Below the pieces are notes generated by a model, which was given only the letters and a program-made list of their open reading frames with translations, did no database searches and was not told the DNA's origin. A stretch of DNA of 64,000 nucleotides, from the NCBI GenBank assembly GCA_963771355.1, contig CAVYTA010000006.1, forward strand, positions 544,001 to 608,000, in the 5' to 3' direction. Below are positions 10,357 through 19,814 of the stretch, in pieces (the first letter of the stretch is position 1; every line of letters starts with the position of its first letter). The DNA is from an uncultured Candidatus Rokubacteria bacterium (GTDB lineage: Bacteria; Methylomirabilota; Methylomirabilia; Rokubacteriales; CSP1-6). The position numbers and the translations under genes are program-made.

Positions 10357-10426
10357 CCCTCGCTCCGCGAGGGGGGATTTGATCTACGGTCGTCGCATGC
10401 GACGACCTCAATAAGTTGGCCGCGCA
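10357..10426 (-). repeat. Intergenic hairpin repeat, copy 3
   Basis: CCCTCGCTCCGCGAGGGGGGATTTGATCTACGGTCGTCGCATGCGACGACCTCAATAAGTTGGCCGCGCA, a few bases after the SBP stop codon. Confidence 0.9.
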
Positions 10427-10429
10427 TGG

Positions 10430-12098
10430 TTAGCGGTCCAGCCAGGCGGCGGTGAGGCGGCCGCCCTGGTCGTAGCCCAGATTGGGAGAGTAGTTCTTGA
10501 CCGCGCCGTCCCAGACGAAGACGTAGACGCCCGACGGCATCTGCACGTAGTACTGCTGCTTGGCGAGGTAGCGCTGGATCTCGAAGATGACCTCGCGCCG
10601 CTTGGCGGGGTCCAGGGTGCGGCGCTGGCGCACCAGCATGTCGGCGACCACCGGATCGTTGATGAGCCCGTGATTCTTGGTCTCGCCCGGGTAGTACTGG
10701 CCGTAGAGGAAATTGTCCGGATCCAGGAACGGCGTCTGCGGCCCGAAGGCCATCGCGTCGTACTTGCCGTAGAAGGTGGTGGAGATGTAGGCGCCGTATT
10801 CCTTCTGGTTCAGCTTGGCGTCGATGCCCACCGTCTTGAGGTCCTTGAGGATGAGCTGCATCTGGTCGACGAGAACGGTGGAGCCGTAGGTGGTGAAATC
10901 CAGCGTGGCCGAGAACCCGTTGGGCTGGCCCGGCCTCGGCCAGCAGCTTGCTTGGCGGCGGCGGGATCGTGCTTGTACCACTGGCGCGCCTTCCCCGAGC
11001 TGGTCGAAGGGGATGGCCCAGTCCTTCAGCGCGGCGGGGACGGGCGGGTTGAGGCTGCCGACGCCCTCGAAGGTGGACGTCGATGATGCTGCTGCCGGTT
11101 GATGGCCAGCGACATCGCGCGCCGCACCCGGACGTCGTTGAACGGGCGCCTTGTCGGTGCGCATGTAGATGTGGCTCATCACGTTGGACGGGCGACTCCA
11201 TGGTGCGGAGCCCCGGCCGGCGCTGCTTGAGCACGTCCTTGATCTGCACCCAGTCCACCCGGTTGATGGTGCCGGGATTCTCCCAGCCGAGGTCGTACTT
11301 GCCGGCGAGGAACGCGGCCATGCGCGAGGCATTGTCCTCGTCGACGACCGCTTCGACCTTGTCGATATAGGGCTGCCCGGAGACGAAGTAGCTGGGGTGC
11401 CGGACGAAGGTGAAGCCCACGTTGGGCCGGTAGCGAGTCGAGCATCCAGGGACCGGTGCCGATCACCGCCTCCGACTTCTTGAGGTCGCCGAACTTCTCC
11501 ACCGCCTCCTTGGCCACGATGCAGGCCGCCATCGGGTTGGCGAGCACGTCGAGGAACCAGGCGAAGGGCTCCTTCAAGGTGAAGCGCACGGTGTACTTGT
11601 CGAGCGCCTCGACCTTGTCCACCGAGGCCAGCATGTAGGCGTTGGCATTGCCCTTGACGGTGCGGAAGCGCTCCATCGAGTAGACGACGTCGTCCGCGGT
11701 GAGCTCGCGCCCGTTGACCGGGGGCTTGTTGTGCCACCGCACGCCGCGGCGCAGCTTGAACACGTAGGTGTTCTCGTTGGGCTGGCTCCAGGACTCGGCG
11801 AGATCGCCCTCGATCGGGAAGGTGCCGGGCTGGACGTGGGGCCGGCCTTGTGCTTGACGAGCCGGCTATGCGTGAAGGTGAGCGCGGTATGGGTCTTGTA
11901 CGAGATCTGCAGCTGCGGGTCCCAGTGCGGCGGATCCCAGAGCCGGAGGGACAGCGTGCCGCCGCGCTTGGGCGCCTGCCCCCAGGCGGCGGAGGGAAGC
12001 GAGGTGGCGGCGGCAGCGGTGGCGAGCGCGCCTCCGGTCAGACCGAGCCATTGCCGGCGGGTCACGGGCGTCGTTGTCGTCGTCTCGATCCGATGCAT
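10430..12098 (-). CDS. ABC substrate-binding protein family 5 (Tat-exported), multiple frameshifts
   Basis: TRRQWLG Tat motif, PKRGGTLSLRLWDPPHWDP, WHNKPPVNGRELTA, IGTGPWML and AAWLDR pieces spread over several frames. Confidence 0.8.
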
Positions 12099-12121
12099 GC
12101 GGCCTCCTCGATGGGGGTGCG

Positions 12122-13810
12122 TTACCGATCGAGCCAGGCGGCCATGAGCCGGCCGCCGTAGTCGTAGCCGTGATTGGGCCCGTAGTTCTTGACGGCGCCG
12201 TCCCAGACGGCGACGTGGGTGGGGGAGGGCATCTGCACGTAGTACTGCTGCTTCGCCAGATGGCGCTGGATGTCGAAGATCATCTCGCGGCGCTTCGCGG
12301 GGTCCTGGGTGCGGCGCTGCCGGATCAGCATGTCGGCCACGACCGGATCGTTGATGTGGCTCTGGTTCTTCAGCTCGCCCGGGTAGTACTGGCCGAAGAG
12401 GATGGTTGTCGGGCTCCTGGAAGCCGGTCTGGGGCCCGAAGGCCAGGGAGTCGAACTTGCCGTAGAAGGTGGTGGAGATGTAGGCGCCGTACTCCTTGGT
12501 GACGAGCTTGGCGTCGATGCCCACGTCCTTGAGGTACTTGAGGACGAGCTGGCACGAGTCCACGACGATGTTGGAGCCGTAGGTGGTGAACTCCACCGTG
12601 GCGGGGAAGCCGTTCGGGCAGCCCGCCTCGGCGAGCAGCTTCTTCGCGGCGGCCGGGATCGTACTTGTAGTTGGCGAGCCCCTCGCCGAGCTGGTCCATG
12701 GGGATGGACCACTCGCGGAGCGCCGCCGGCACCGCCGGGTTGAGCGCGCCCACCCCCTCGTAGAGGGAGTCGATGATGGCCTTGCGGTCGATGGCCATGG
12801 ACATCGCCCGGCGCACGCGGACGTCGCTGAAGGGCGCCTTGTCGGTGCGCATCGAGATGTGGCTCATCACCGGCGTGGTGAACTCGAGCGTCTGGAGCCG
12901 CGGCCGCTTCTGCTTGAGCACGTCCTTGATCTGCACCCAGTCCACGCGGTTGATGATGCCCATGAACTCCCAGCCGAGGTCGTACTTGCCCGACGATGAA
13001 GGCGGCCATGCGGGAGGCATTGTCCTCGTCGACGAAGACCTCGACCCGGTCGATATGGGGGAGCCCGGCCAGGAAGTAGCTCGGATTGCGCACGAAGGTG
13101 AACCCGACATTGGGCCGGTACGAGTCGAGCATCCAGGGCCCGGTGCCGATGGTCGCCTCGTGGCGCTTGAGGTCGCCGAACTTGTCCACGCACTCGCTGG
13201 CGACGATGGGCACCGCGTGCGAGTTGGCGAGCATGTCCAGGAGCCAGACGTAGGGCTCCTTCAGGGTGATCTTGACGGTGTACTTGTCGGGCGCCTCCAC
13301 CTTGTCCACCGAGGACAGCATGTAGGCGTTGGCATTGCCCTTGACCGTGCGGAAGCGATCGATGGAGTAGACGACGTCCTCGGCGGTGAGCTCGCGCCCG
13401 TTCACCGGGGGCTTGTTATGCCACCGCACGCCCTTGCGGAGCTTGAAGACGTATGTCGTCTCGTTGGGCTGGCTCCACGACTCGGCCAGATCGCCCTCGA
13501 TCGGGAAGGTGCCTGGGGCCACGCCGGGGCCGGCGCGGTACTTGAGGAGCCGGCTATGCGTGAAGGAGTACGCGATATGGGTCTTGTACGAGATGGTCAG
13601 GTGCGGATCCCAGTGGGGCGGGTCCCAGGCCCGGACATTGATGGTGCCGCCACGCTTTGGGCGTCTGGGCGTGGGCGGGTCCGGCGATGAGATGTGGGGC
13701 GACCGCGGCGCCCGGCCAAGGCCGCGCCGCCGAGCCTGAGCAGGCTCTCGTCGGGTGACGCCTTCGTCACTGTGGGTCCTCTTCGACTCTTCCTTCATGA
13801 TCCGGGGCAT
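12122..13810 (-). CDS. ABC substrate-binding protein family 5, multiple frameshifts
   Basis: PKRGGTINVRAWDPPHWDP, GDLAESWSQ, WHNKPPVNGRELTA, DVRVRRAMSMAIDR and AAWLDR pieces in different frames. Confidence 0.8.
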   Translation of the reverse strand: MPRIMKEESKRTHSDEGVTRREPAQARRRGLGRAPRSPHISSPDPPTPRRPKRGGTINVRAWDPPHWDPHLTISYKTHIAYSFTHSRLLKYRAGPGVAPGTFPIEGDLAESWSQPNETTYVFKLRKGVRWHNKPPVNGRELTAEDVVYSIDRFRTVKGNANAYMLSSVDKVEAPDKYTVKITLKEPYVWLLDMLANSHAVPIVASECVDKFGDLKRHEATIGTGPWMLDSYRPNVGFTFVRNPSYFLAGLPHIDRVEVFVDEDNASRMAAFIVGQVRPRLGVHGHHQPRGLGADQGRAQAEAAAAPDARVHHAGDEPHLDAHRQGALQRRPRAPGDVHGHRPQGHHRLPLRGGGRAQPGGAGGAPRVVHPHGPARRGARQLQVRSRPPRRSCSPRRAARTASPPRWSSPPTAPTSSWTRASSSSSTSRTWASTPSSSPRSTAPTSPPPSTASSTPWPSGPRPASRSPTTILFGQYYPGELKNQSHINDPVVADMLIRQRRTQDPAKRREMIFDIQRHLAKQQYYVQMPSPTHVAVWDGAVKNYGPNHGYDYGGRLMAAWLDR

Positions 13811-13913
13811 GATCGGGGGCCCTCCTGGGCGTCATCTATGACGCAAAACGAGGCGGATGGCCGCGAAATTGCCGACACTTTGGCGGCAAAGCCCACGGAA
13901 GTCAAGGGGGACC

Positions 13914-13942
13914 TTGGCCGCGCGGCCGCCCTCGGCTATCAT
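13914..13942 (+). promoter_or_regulatory. Putative sigma-70 promoter, probably leaderless, for the Rieske oxygenase
   Basis: TTGGCC-N17-TATCAT; ATG 8 nt after the -10 box, no SD. Confidence 0.45.
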
Positions 13943-13950
13943 TCTTCGCG

Positions 13951-15138
13951 ATGCAATCCGGCTACGGGCGTCCTCGTCCTATTGAAAACGCTGAGCTCAC
14001 CCATGTGGGTCCCGGCACGCCGGCCGGGGAGCTCCTTCGCCGCTACTGGCAGCCGGTGGGGCTGGCCCCGGCGCCGGGTGATCCCCCGCGTCCCGTGCGG
14101 GTCCTGGGCGAGGACCTCGTGCTCTTCCGGGACGGCCGCGGCCGCCCCGGCCTTGTCGATGCCCATTGCTGCCACCGTGGCACCTCGCTCGAGTACGGCC
14201 GCGTGGAGGCGGACGGGATCCGCTGCTGCTATCACGGCTGGCTGTTCGATTTCGAAGGCCGCTGCCTGGAGCAGCCCTGCGAGCCGGCGGACAGCACCTA
14301 CAAGGACCGCGTGCGTCAACCCTGGTACCCGTGCCGCGAGTACGGCGGCCTGGTCTTCGCCTACCTGGGACCGCTCGACCGGATGCCGCTCCTGCCCCGG
14401 TACGATCTGGTGGAAGAAGGCGAGGGCGTGGTCGTCGCCGACGGCACCAGCTATGGCCTGGGCGGCGGGGAGATCCTCGACTGCAACTGGCTGCAGATCT
14501 ACGAGAACGTGATGGACCCGTTCCACGTGGCGGTGCTCCACTCGGTGTTCAGCGGCGGGCAGTTCTCGGACGCGCTGAATCTCCGGCCGCAGGTGAGCTG
14601 GGAGGAGACCCCTCACGGGATGCGCTCCACCCAGGACCGCGAGCTCCCGGACGGCCGTCTCTTCCGCCGCGTGACCGAGCTCCTCCTGCCCAACGTCCGT
14701 ATCGTGCCCAGCGTGGCGGCCGGCAGCCCGGGGGAGGGCTTCGAGCGGGCGGGGCATATCGGGTGGATCCTGCCCATCGACGACACCCATACGCGGATGT
14801 ACTCGCTGCTCCGCGTGCCCCTGCGTGACGGCCATCCCGTGTTCCCCCCGCGCGCGCGGCACGGGGGCAAGCTCTGGGCCGAGCTCACCGAGGAGGAGCA
14901 CCATCGGATGCCCGGCGACCACGAAGCCATCGTGAGCCAGCGGCCCATCGCGATTCATGCGCTCGAGCATCTGGCCACGTCGGACCGCGGGGTCATCATG
15001 ACCCGCCGCATGGTCGCGCGGGCCATCGCCGCAGTGGCCGAGGGCGGCGACCCTCCCGGCGTCCTGCGGGATTCTGCCGCGTCCCTGATCACCACCACCG
15101 CCGGCAATGCCGTGCTCGCGACCTCGCGGCCGGCTTGA
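13951..15138 (+). CDS. Rieske non-heme iron oxygenase alpha subunit (phthalate dioxygenase/LigX-like group)
   Basis: CCHRG...CCYHGW Rieske ligands; ENVMDPFHVAVLH mononuclear Fe motif; VGPGTPAGELLRRYWQP N-terminus. Confidence 0.9.
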   Translation: MQSGYGRPRPIENAELTHVGPGTPAGELLRRYWQPVGLAPAPGDPPRPVRVLGEDLVLFRDGRGRPGLVDAHCCHRGTSLEYGRVEADGIRCCYHGWLFDFEGRCLEQPCEPADSTYKDRVRQPWYPCREYGGLVFAYLGPLDRMPLLPRYDLVEEGEGVVVADGTSYGLGGGEILDCNWLQIYENVMDPFHVAVLHSVFSGGQFSDALNLRPQVSWEETPHGMRSTQDRELPDGRLFRRVTELLLPNVRIVPSVAAGSPGEGFERAGHIGWILPIDDTHTRMYSLLRVPLRDGHPVFPPRARHGGKLWAELTEEEHHRMPGDHEAIVSQRPIAIHALEHLATSDRGVIMTRRMVARAIAAVAEGGDPPGVLRDSAASLITTTAGNAVLATSRPA

Positions 15139-15159
15139 CGAGGCGAGAGGAGAGACAAC

Positions 15160-15420
15160 GTGTTCGAGCGCTATAGCCCGACCATCTTCCTGGACAAGCT
15201 CTTCACCGAGGCCGTGATGGCGGGGTGGATCGTGACCCTGCTGGGCGCGGGCCTCCTGCTCCTGGCCGCCGCCTGGTGGTCCTTCGCCCAGGACTCGTCC
15301 CAGCAGAGCCCGCGCTCGGGTCTCTGGCGGGGACTCTGCACGCTCGGGTTCGTGACCTTCCTGGCGGGGATCGGCTGGCAGCTGGTCGGCTACGTCCGCT
15401 TCGGCATCCTCAACTGGTAG
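15160..15420 (+). CDS. Small membrane protein, two predicted TM helices
   Basis: GAGGAG SD upstream; two hydrophobic segments. Confidence 0.6.
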   Translation: MFERYSPTIFLDKLFTEAVMAGWIVTLLGAGLLLLAAAWWSFAQDSSQQSPRSGLWRGLCTLGFVTFLAGIGWQLVGYVRFGILNW

Positions 15421-16303
15421 GGGGCCAGGGGATCTTCATCGCGTCCAGCCGCCGCAGGCGATCCTGCCCCAGCGCGCGGTCGTAGACCTCGCCGAGCGCC
15501 TCCGCCGTCCACCCCTCCGCTCGCGTCGCGGTGCGCAGCGCCGCCGGATGCGAGAAGAGCGTGACCTCGTTACCGCGCACCCCGATCACCTGCCCGGTGA
15601 CGTGCGCGGCGCGGTCGCTGGCGAGGAACACCACCACCGGCGCGATGGCCTCGGGCGGCGTGGCGGTGGCGGCCCCCCGGCGCTCGTCGGGCAGCCGCTG
15701 GGTCATGCGGGTGTCCGCGGTGGGCGAGATCGAGTTCACCGTCACGCCGTACTTCGCCATGGCGAGCGCGGTGGAGCGCGTGAGCCCCACGATGCCCTCC
15801 TTGGCCGCCGAGTAGTTGGGCTGGCCGGGGCTGCCCTCGAGGCCCGCCGCGGAGGTGAAGGTGATGATGCGGCCCTGGCGCTTCTCCCGCATGTGACGCG
15901 TGGCGGGTTGCATCACGGTGAAGTGCCCCTTGAGGTGGACGGCCACCACCGAGTCCCACTCCTCCTCGCTCATGTTGAAGATCATCCGCTCCTTGAGGAT
16001 GCCCGCACAGCACACGGCGATGTGGAGGTCGCCGTAGGTGGACAGCGCCCGCTCCACGATGGCGCGGCCGCCCGCCATGGTGGCCACGCTGTCGGCGCTG
16101 GCCACCGCTTGTCCGCCCGCGGCCACGATCTCGCCCACCACCGCCTCGGCGGGGGCGCTCGAGGGCTCGCGGCCGTCGACGCTCACGCCGTAATCGTTCA
16201 CGACCACCCGCGCGCCCGCCCGGGCCAGCCCCAGCGCGACGGAGCGGCCGATGCCGCTACCCGCGCCCGTCACCACCGCCACCTTCCCCTCGAGCAATGG
16301 CAT
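15410..16303 (-). CDS. Short-chain dehydrogenase/reductase (3-hydroxyacyl-CoA dehydrogenase-like)
   Basis: TGAGSGIG, VVNDYG, VHLKGHF, YSAAK. Confidence 0.9.
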   Translation of the reverse strand: MPLLEGKVAVVTGAGSGIGRSVALGLARAGARVVVNDYGVSVDGREPSSAPAEAVVGEIVAAGGQAVASADSVATMAGGRAIVERALSTYGDLHIAVCCAGILKERMIFNMSEEEWDSVVAVHLKGHFTVMQPATRHMREKRQGRIITFTSAAGLEGSPGQPNYSAAKEGIVGLTRSTALAMAKYGVTVNSISPTADTRMTQRLPDERRGAATATPPEAIAPVVVFLASDRAAHVTGQVIGVRGNEVTLFSHPAALRTATRAEGWTAEALGEVYDRALGQDRLRRLDAMKIPWPPTS

Positions 16304-16311
16304 CGCGGCGC

Positions 16312-16692
16312 TCAGGCGGGACCGAAGCCGACCATGGTCTGTTCTCCCACGACGAGGGGACGGAAGCGCACGCTGAGCCCCACCCGGAGCGACTCCAGGG
16401 GCAGATCCACCACCCGGCCGAGCAGCGAGACACCCTCGGTGAGCTGCACCACCACCACCGCGTAGGGCGTCTGCCCGGTATGCCCGCGGGGGGCGACGCG
16501 GATCACGGTGTAGGAGGCGACGGTGCCATCGCCCTTGAGGGGGACGGCGTCCCACGCGCGCTTGCCGCACGCCGCGCAGAGCTCCTTGGGCGGGATGGTG
16601 AGCTCGCCGCATTCCCGGCAACGGATGCCGGTCAGCCGCCCTGCACGGACCTCCGCGAAGAAGTGCTGCAGGGTCACCACGGCATCAGTCAC
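16312..16692 (-). CDS. DUF35-type Zn-ribbon/OB-fold protein (thiolase partner)
   Basis: CRECG...CAACG Zn ribbon, PYAVVVVQLTEG; overlaps thiolase end. Confidence 0.88.
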   Translation of the reverse strand: MTDAVVTLQHFFAEVRAGRLTGIRCRECGELTIPPKELCAACGKRAWDAVPLKGDGTVASYTVIRVAPRGHTGQTPYAVVVVQLTEGVSLLGRVVDLPLESLRVGLSVRFRPLVVGEQTMVGFGPA

Positions 16693-17839
16693 GGCCGAAC
16701 AAGCTCACGAGCACGGTGGCGGTGTTGCCGCCAAGGGTGTGAGTGAGCCCGGTCCGGGCACCCTCGACCTGTCGCGGCCCCGCCTCGCCGCGCAGCTGGG
16801 TGACGATCTCGGCGATCTGGGCGGCGCCGGTGGCGCCGATGGGATGGCCCTTGGACTTGAGCCCGCCCGACGGATTGACCGGGATCTTGCCGCCCACGCT
16901 GGTCCAGCCCTTCTCGGCGGCCATGCCGCCCGTGCCCGGCTCGAAGAAGCCCAGGCCCTCGGTGGCCACGATCTCGGCGATGGTGAAGCAGTCGTGGAGC
17001 TCGACCACGTCCACGTCGCCGGGACCCCGGCCCGCCTGCCGGTAGGCGCCTGCGGCCGCGCGCTCGGTGGCGGGCACGCGGGAGAGATCCCGCTTCTCGT
17101 GCATGAACATGGTGTCGGTGGCGGCATGGGTACCGAGCACCCAGATGGGCCGGCGGTGGCGCCGGGCCACTTCCTCGGAGGCCAGGATCACCGCCGCCCC
17201 GCCGTCGGTGAAGGGACAGCAGTCGAGGAGCTTGAGCGGATCGGCGACGTAGGCGCTCTTGAGCACCGCGTCGAGGCTGATCTCCTTCCGGAACTGCGCC
17301 TTCGGATTGTGGAGACCGTGCCGGTGATTCTTCACCGCCACGTGCGCCATCTGCTCCTCGGTGGTCCCGTACTTCTCCATGTGGGCGCGCGCGATGAGGG
17401 CGAAGACGCCGGGGAAGGTGAGACCGGTAGGCTGCTCGTAGGCCGCGTCCGAGCAGAAGGCGAAGTACTCGGTGGCGTGGTCGGTGGGCACGTGCAGGAT
17501 GCGCTCCGCGCCGCCCACCAGCACCACGTCGGAGACGCCCGCACCGATCTCCATCACCGCGTGCCGGAATGCCGCGTGGCTGGTCGCGCACGCGTTCTCG
17601 AAGCGGGTGGAAGGGACGGTGGGCAGGCCCAGCAGGGTGGCGGCCAGCGGCCCCATGTGCAGCTGGCGCTCGCTCTCCCCCCCGGTGACGTTGCCGTAGT
17701 AGAGCGCCTGGATGGCGCGGGGCTCGATGTCCGCGTCGATGATGGCGTCGCGGGCGGCTTCCGCGAAGAGCTCCGCGCTCGAGCGATCGTGCTTGCCGAA
17801 CCTGGTCACGCCGACTCCGATCACGGCGATGCGGCGCAT
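16685..17839 (-). CDS. Thiolase, SCP2/archaeal type
   Basis: ENACATS, ELHDCFT, NPSGGLKSKGHPIGATG. Confidence 0.92.
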   Translation of the reverse strand: MRRIAVIGVGVTRFGKHDRSSAELFAEAARDAIIDADIEPRAIQALYYGNVTGGESERQLHMGPLAATLLGLPTVPSTRFENACATSHAAFRHAVMEIGAGVSDVVLVGGAERILHVPTDHATEYFAFCSDAAYEQPTGLTFPGVFALIARAHMEKYGTTEEQMAHVAVKNHRHGLHNPKAQFRKEISLDAVLKSAYVADPLKLLDCCPFTDGGAAVILASEEVARRHRRPIWVLGTHAATDTMFMHEKRDLSRVPATERAAAGAYRQAGRGPGDVDVVELHDCFTIAEIVATEGLGFFEPGTGGMAAEKGWTSVGGKIPVNPSGGLKSKGHPIGATGAAQIAEIVTQLRGEAGPRQVEGARTGLTHTLGGNTATVLVSLFGRD

Positions 17840-17985
17840 CCGGACCTCCAGGGGGAACAGGGATGGGGAGTGCTCGCCTTCGATGATACCGCGAGGGCGG
17901 GCGGCGGGCCAACGCGCTAATCCTGTGTCCGGTGCGGGGGGCCGTGCTAACGTGACCGCGGCGCATTCACGAAGGAGCGCTCGAC

Positions 17986-19814
17986 GTGAGCCTCGACGAG
18001 ATCCTGATTCTGCTGCTGGCGCTGGCGACCGGCGTCCTGCTCTTCGTGGGCCTGGCGCAGGCGCTGGAGGGCCGTCCGCGACAGCGGCCGGTGCGCCGCT
18101 TGCCCCACCTGGCCGGCTGGCGCAGCTTCAGCGCGGAAGAGCGCGTGCTCGAGCACCGCGCACGCGGCGCCCGCACGGGCGTGAGCCCGTTCGCGACGCC
18201 GCCTCCGCCCCCCGTCCCCGAGGCGCCGCGTGCGGCCCGGTTTGGCGCCGGGCGGTCCCTCGCCCGGACGGCGGCCCCCACCGCGGCGCCTGCCGCCGCC
18301 CCAAGTGTTGCCCCAACCGCTACCCCCACTGCCACCGAAGACCGGCCGAGGCCGGAGCAGATCTCGCTGCTCGACGCGGCGCCATCCCCCGAGTCAACCG
18401 CACCCGAGGCGCCGCCGCTGGAATCGCCGGACTCCGGTCCCGAGCCATCGCTTGCCACGCCCGACTCGGTGGCGCCGCTGCCCGTCTCCATGGCCGCCCC
18501 GGTGGAGGAGGAGACCGTGGTGGCGGCGCCCGGCGCGCCGATTCCGGAAGAGGCCGCGACGCCAGTGACGGCGCCGCCGGATGCGCTGCCCGCGGATTCC
18601 AGGCTGGACGAGCCCGAACCCGTGCCGGCGCCGGCTCCCGCCGGCCTCTCTCCCGCCCTGGTCGCCGAGTGTGCGCGGCTGCTGAAGTCGGGGCATCCCG
18701 GCGAGGTCCGCGCGCTGGCCGAGCCTCTGCTCACGCGGCGAGCGCGCGGGCGTGGTGCTCGCACGCCGGCGTCCTATGATCGGGCGCTGCTCTGGTGCCT
18801 GGTCGGGCTCGCGCACCGGGACGCGGGGGACGAGGAAGCGGGCCTGCGCGCGGCCTTCGAGCAGGGCGTCCGCGCGCTGCCAAGGAACGATGCGAGCGGC
18901 CCCGATCCTGCCGTGGTGGCCCTCGCGAATTCCCTGGGCAGCCAGCTCCTGGCCTCCGGCGAGGCGGCGACCGGCGCGTCCGGCGCCACGCTCGCCGAGC
19001 TCCGGCTCTCGGTGGGACTGTTGCGCGGGGTGGCGGTGGCGCCGCCCGGCCACGCAGCGGACGCGGGGGACGCGGGCGGGCCCGAGGCGAGCGGCGGGGA
19101 CGAGCTTCCCCCTGGGGCAAGGCGCTCCAGGCGCATCTCGCCGTCGAGCGCGCGCGCGAGGCTCTGGCCAATGCGTGTGTGAGGAAGGTCGACGCGCTGC
19201 TCGAGCGAGGTGATCGGGACGCCGCGCATCGGTGGATACAGGAGGTGGCCGGCTGGGACGAGCTCGACGGCCGCCTCCAGGACCTGGAGGAGCCGTACTG
19301 GAAGGCGGTGACCGGTGAAGTGACCCGGCTCACGGGCCTGGCGCTGGAGTCCGCCGTCGATCTCGACGCTGCGATGCGGACCCTGCAGAGCGCGGAGGCG
19401 GTGGTCCGCGATCTGCCCGAAGCGGCGACCGCCTCACCCCGACTTCCCGAGATGAGGCGGCGGCTCTGGTGGAGCTATACGAAGCTCGGCGTCCAGCGTC
19501 TGGACGGCGGGGACGAGGGGCCGGCGCTGGAGCTCCTCTATCATGCGCTCCGGCTCGCCGAGGGCCCCGATCGCGAGATGGAGACGCGCCACTCCCTGGC
19601 CCAGGCGCTGGATGCCATGGCGACGCGGGCGTCGGACGCGATCGCGGAGCGGCTGCGCGCCGGCGACCAGACCGCCGCGGAGGCGGCGGGGCAGGCGCTG
19701 TGCCGCGCCGTCGACCGCGCCCTCGCCGAGGGGGTATCGCAGGAGGAGCTGGCGGGCGCGCTCGACAAGCGCCAGCACGTGATGGGGCTCATCGCCCAGG
19801 CCGACGCGCGGTGA
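17986..19814 (+). CDS. Hypothetical membrane-anchored protein with Pro-rich linker and helical-repeat domain; frameshift in C5 run at 19108-19112
   Basis: N-terminal TM, P/A/E-rich linker; adding one C joins DELPP to WGKALQAHLAVE and the helical C-terminal ORF ending at 19814. Confidence 0.6.

Noticed and set aside
6644..10426. The hairpin repeats as a CRISPR array
   Set aside because: Copies are about 1.7-2 kb apart with whole genes between them; there are no spacer-sized intervals and no cas genes.
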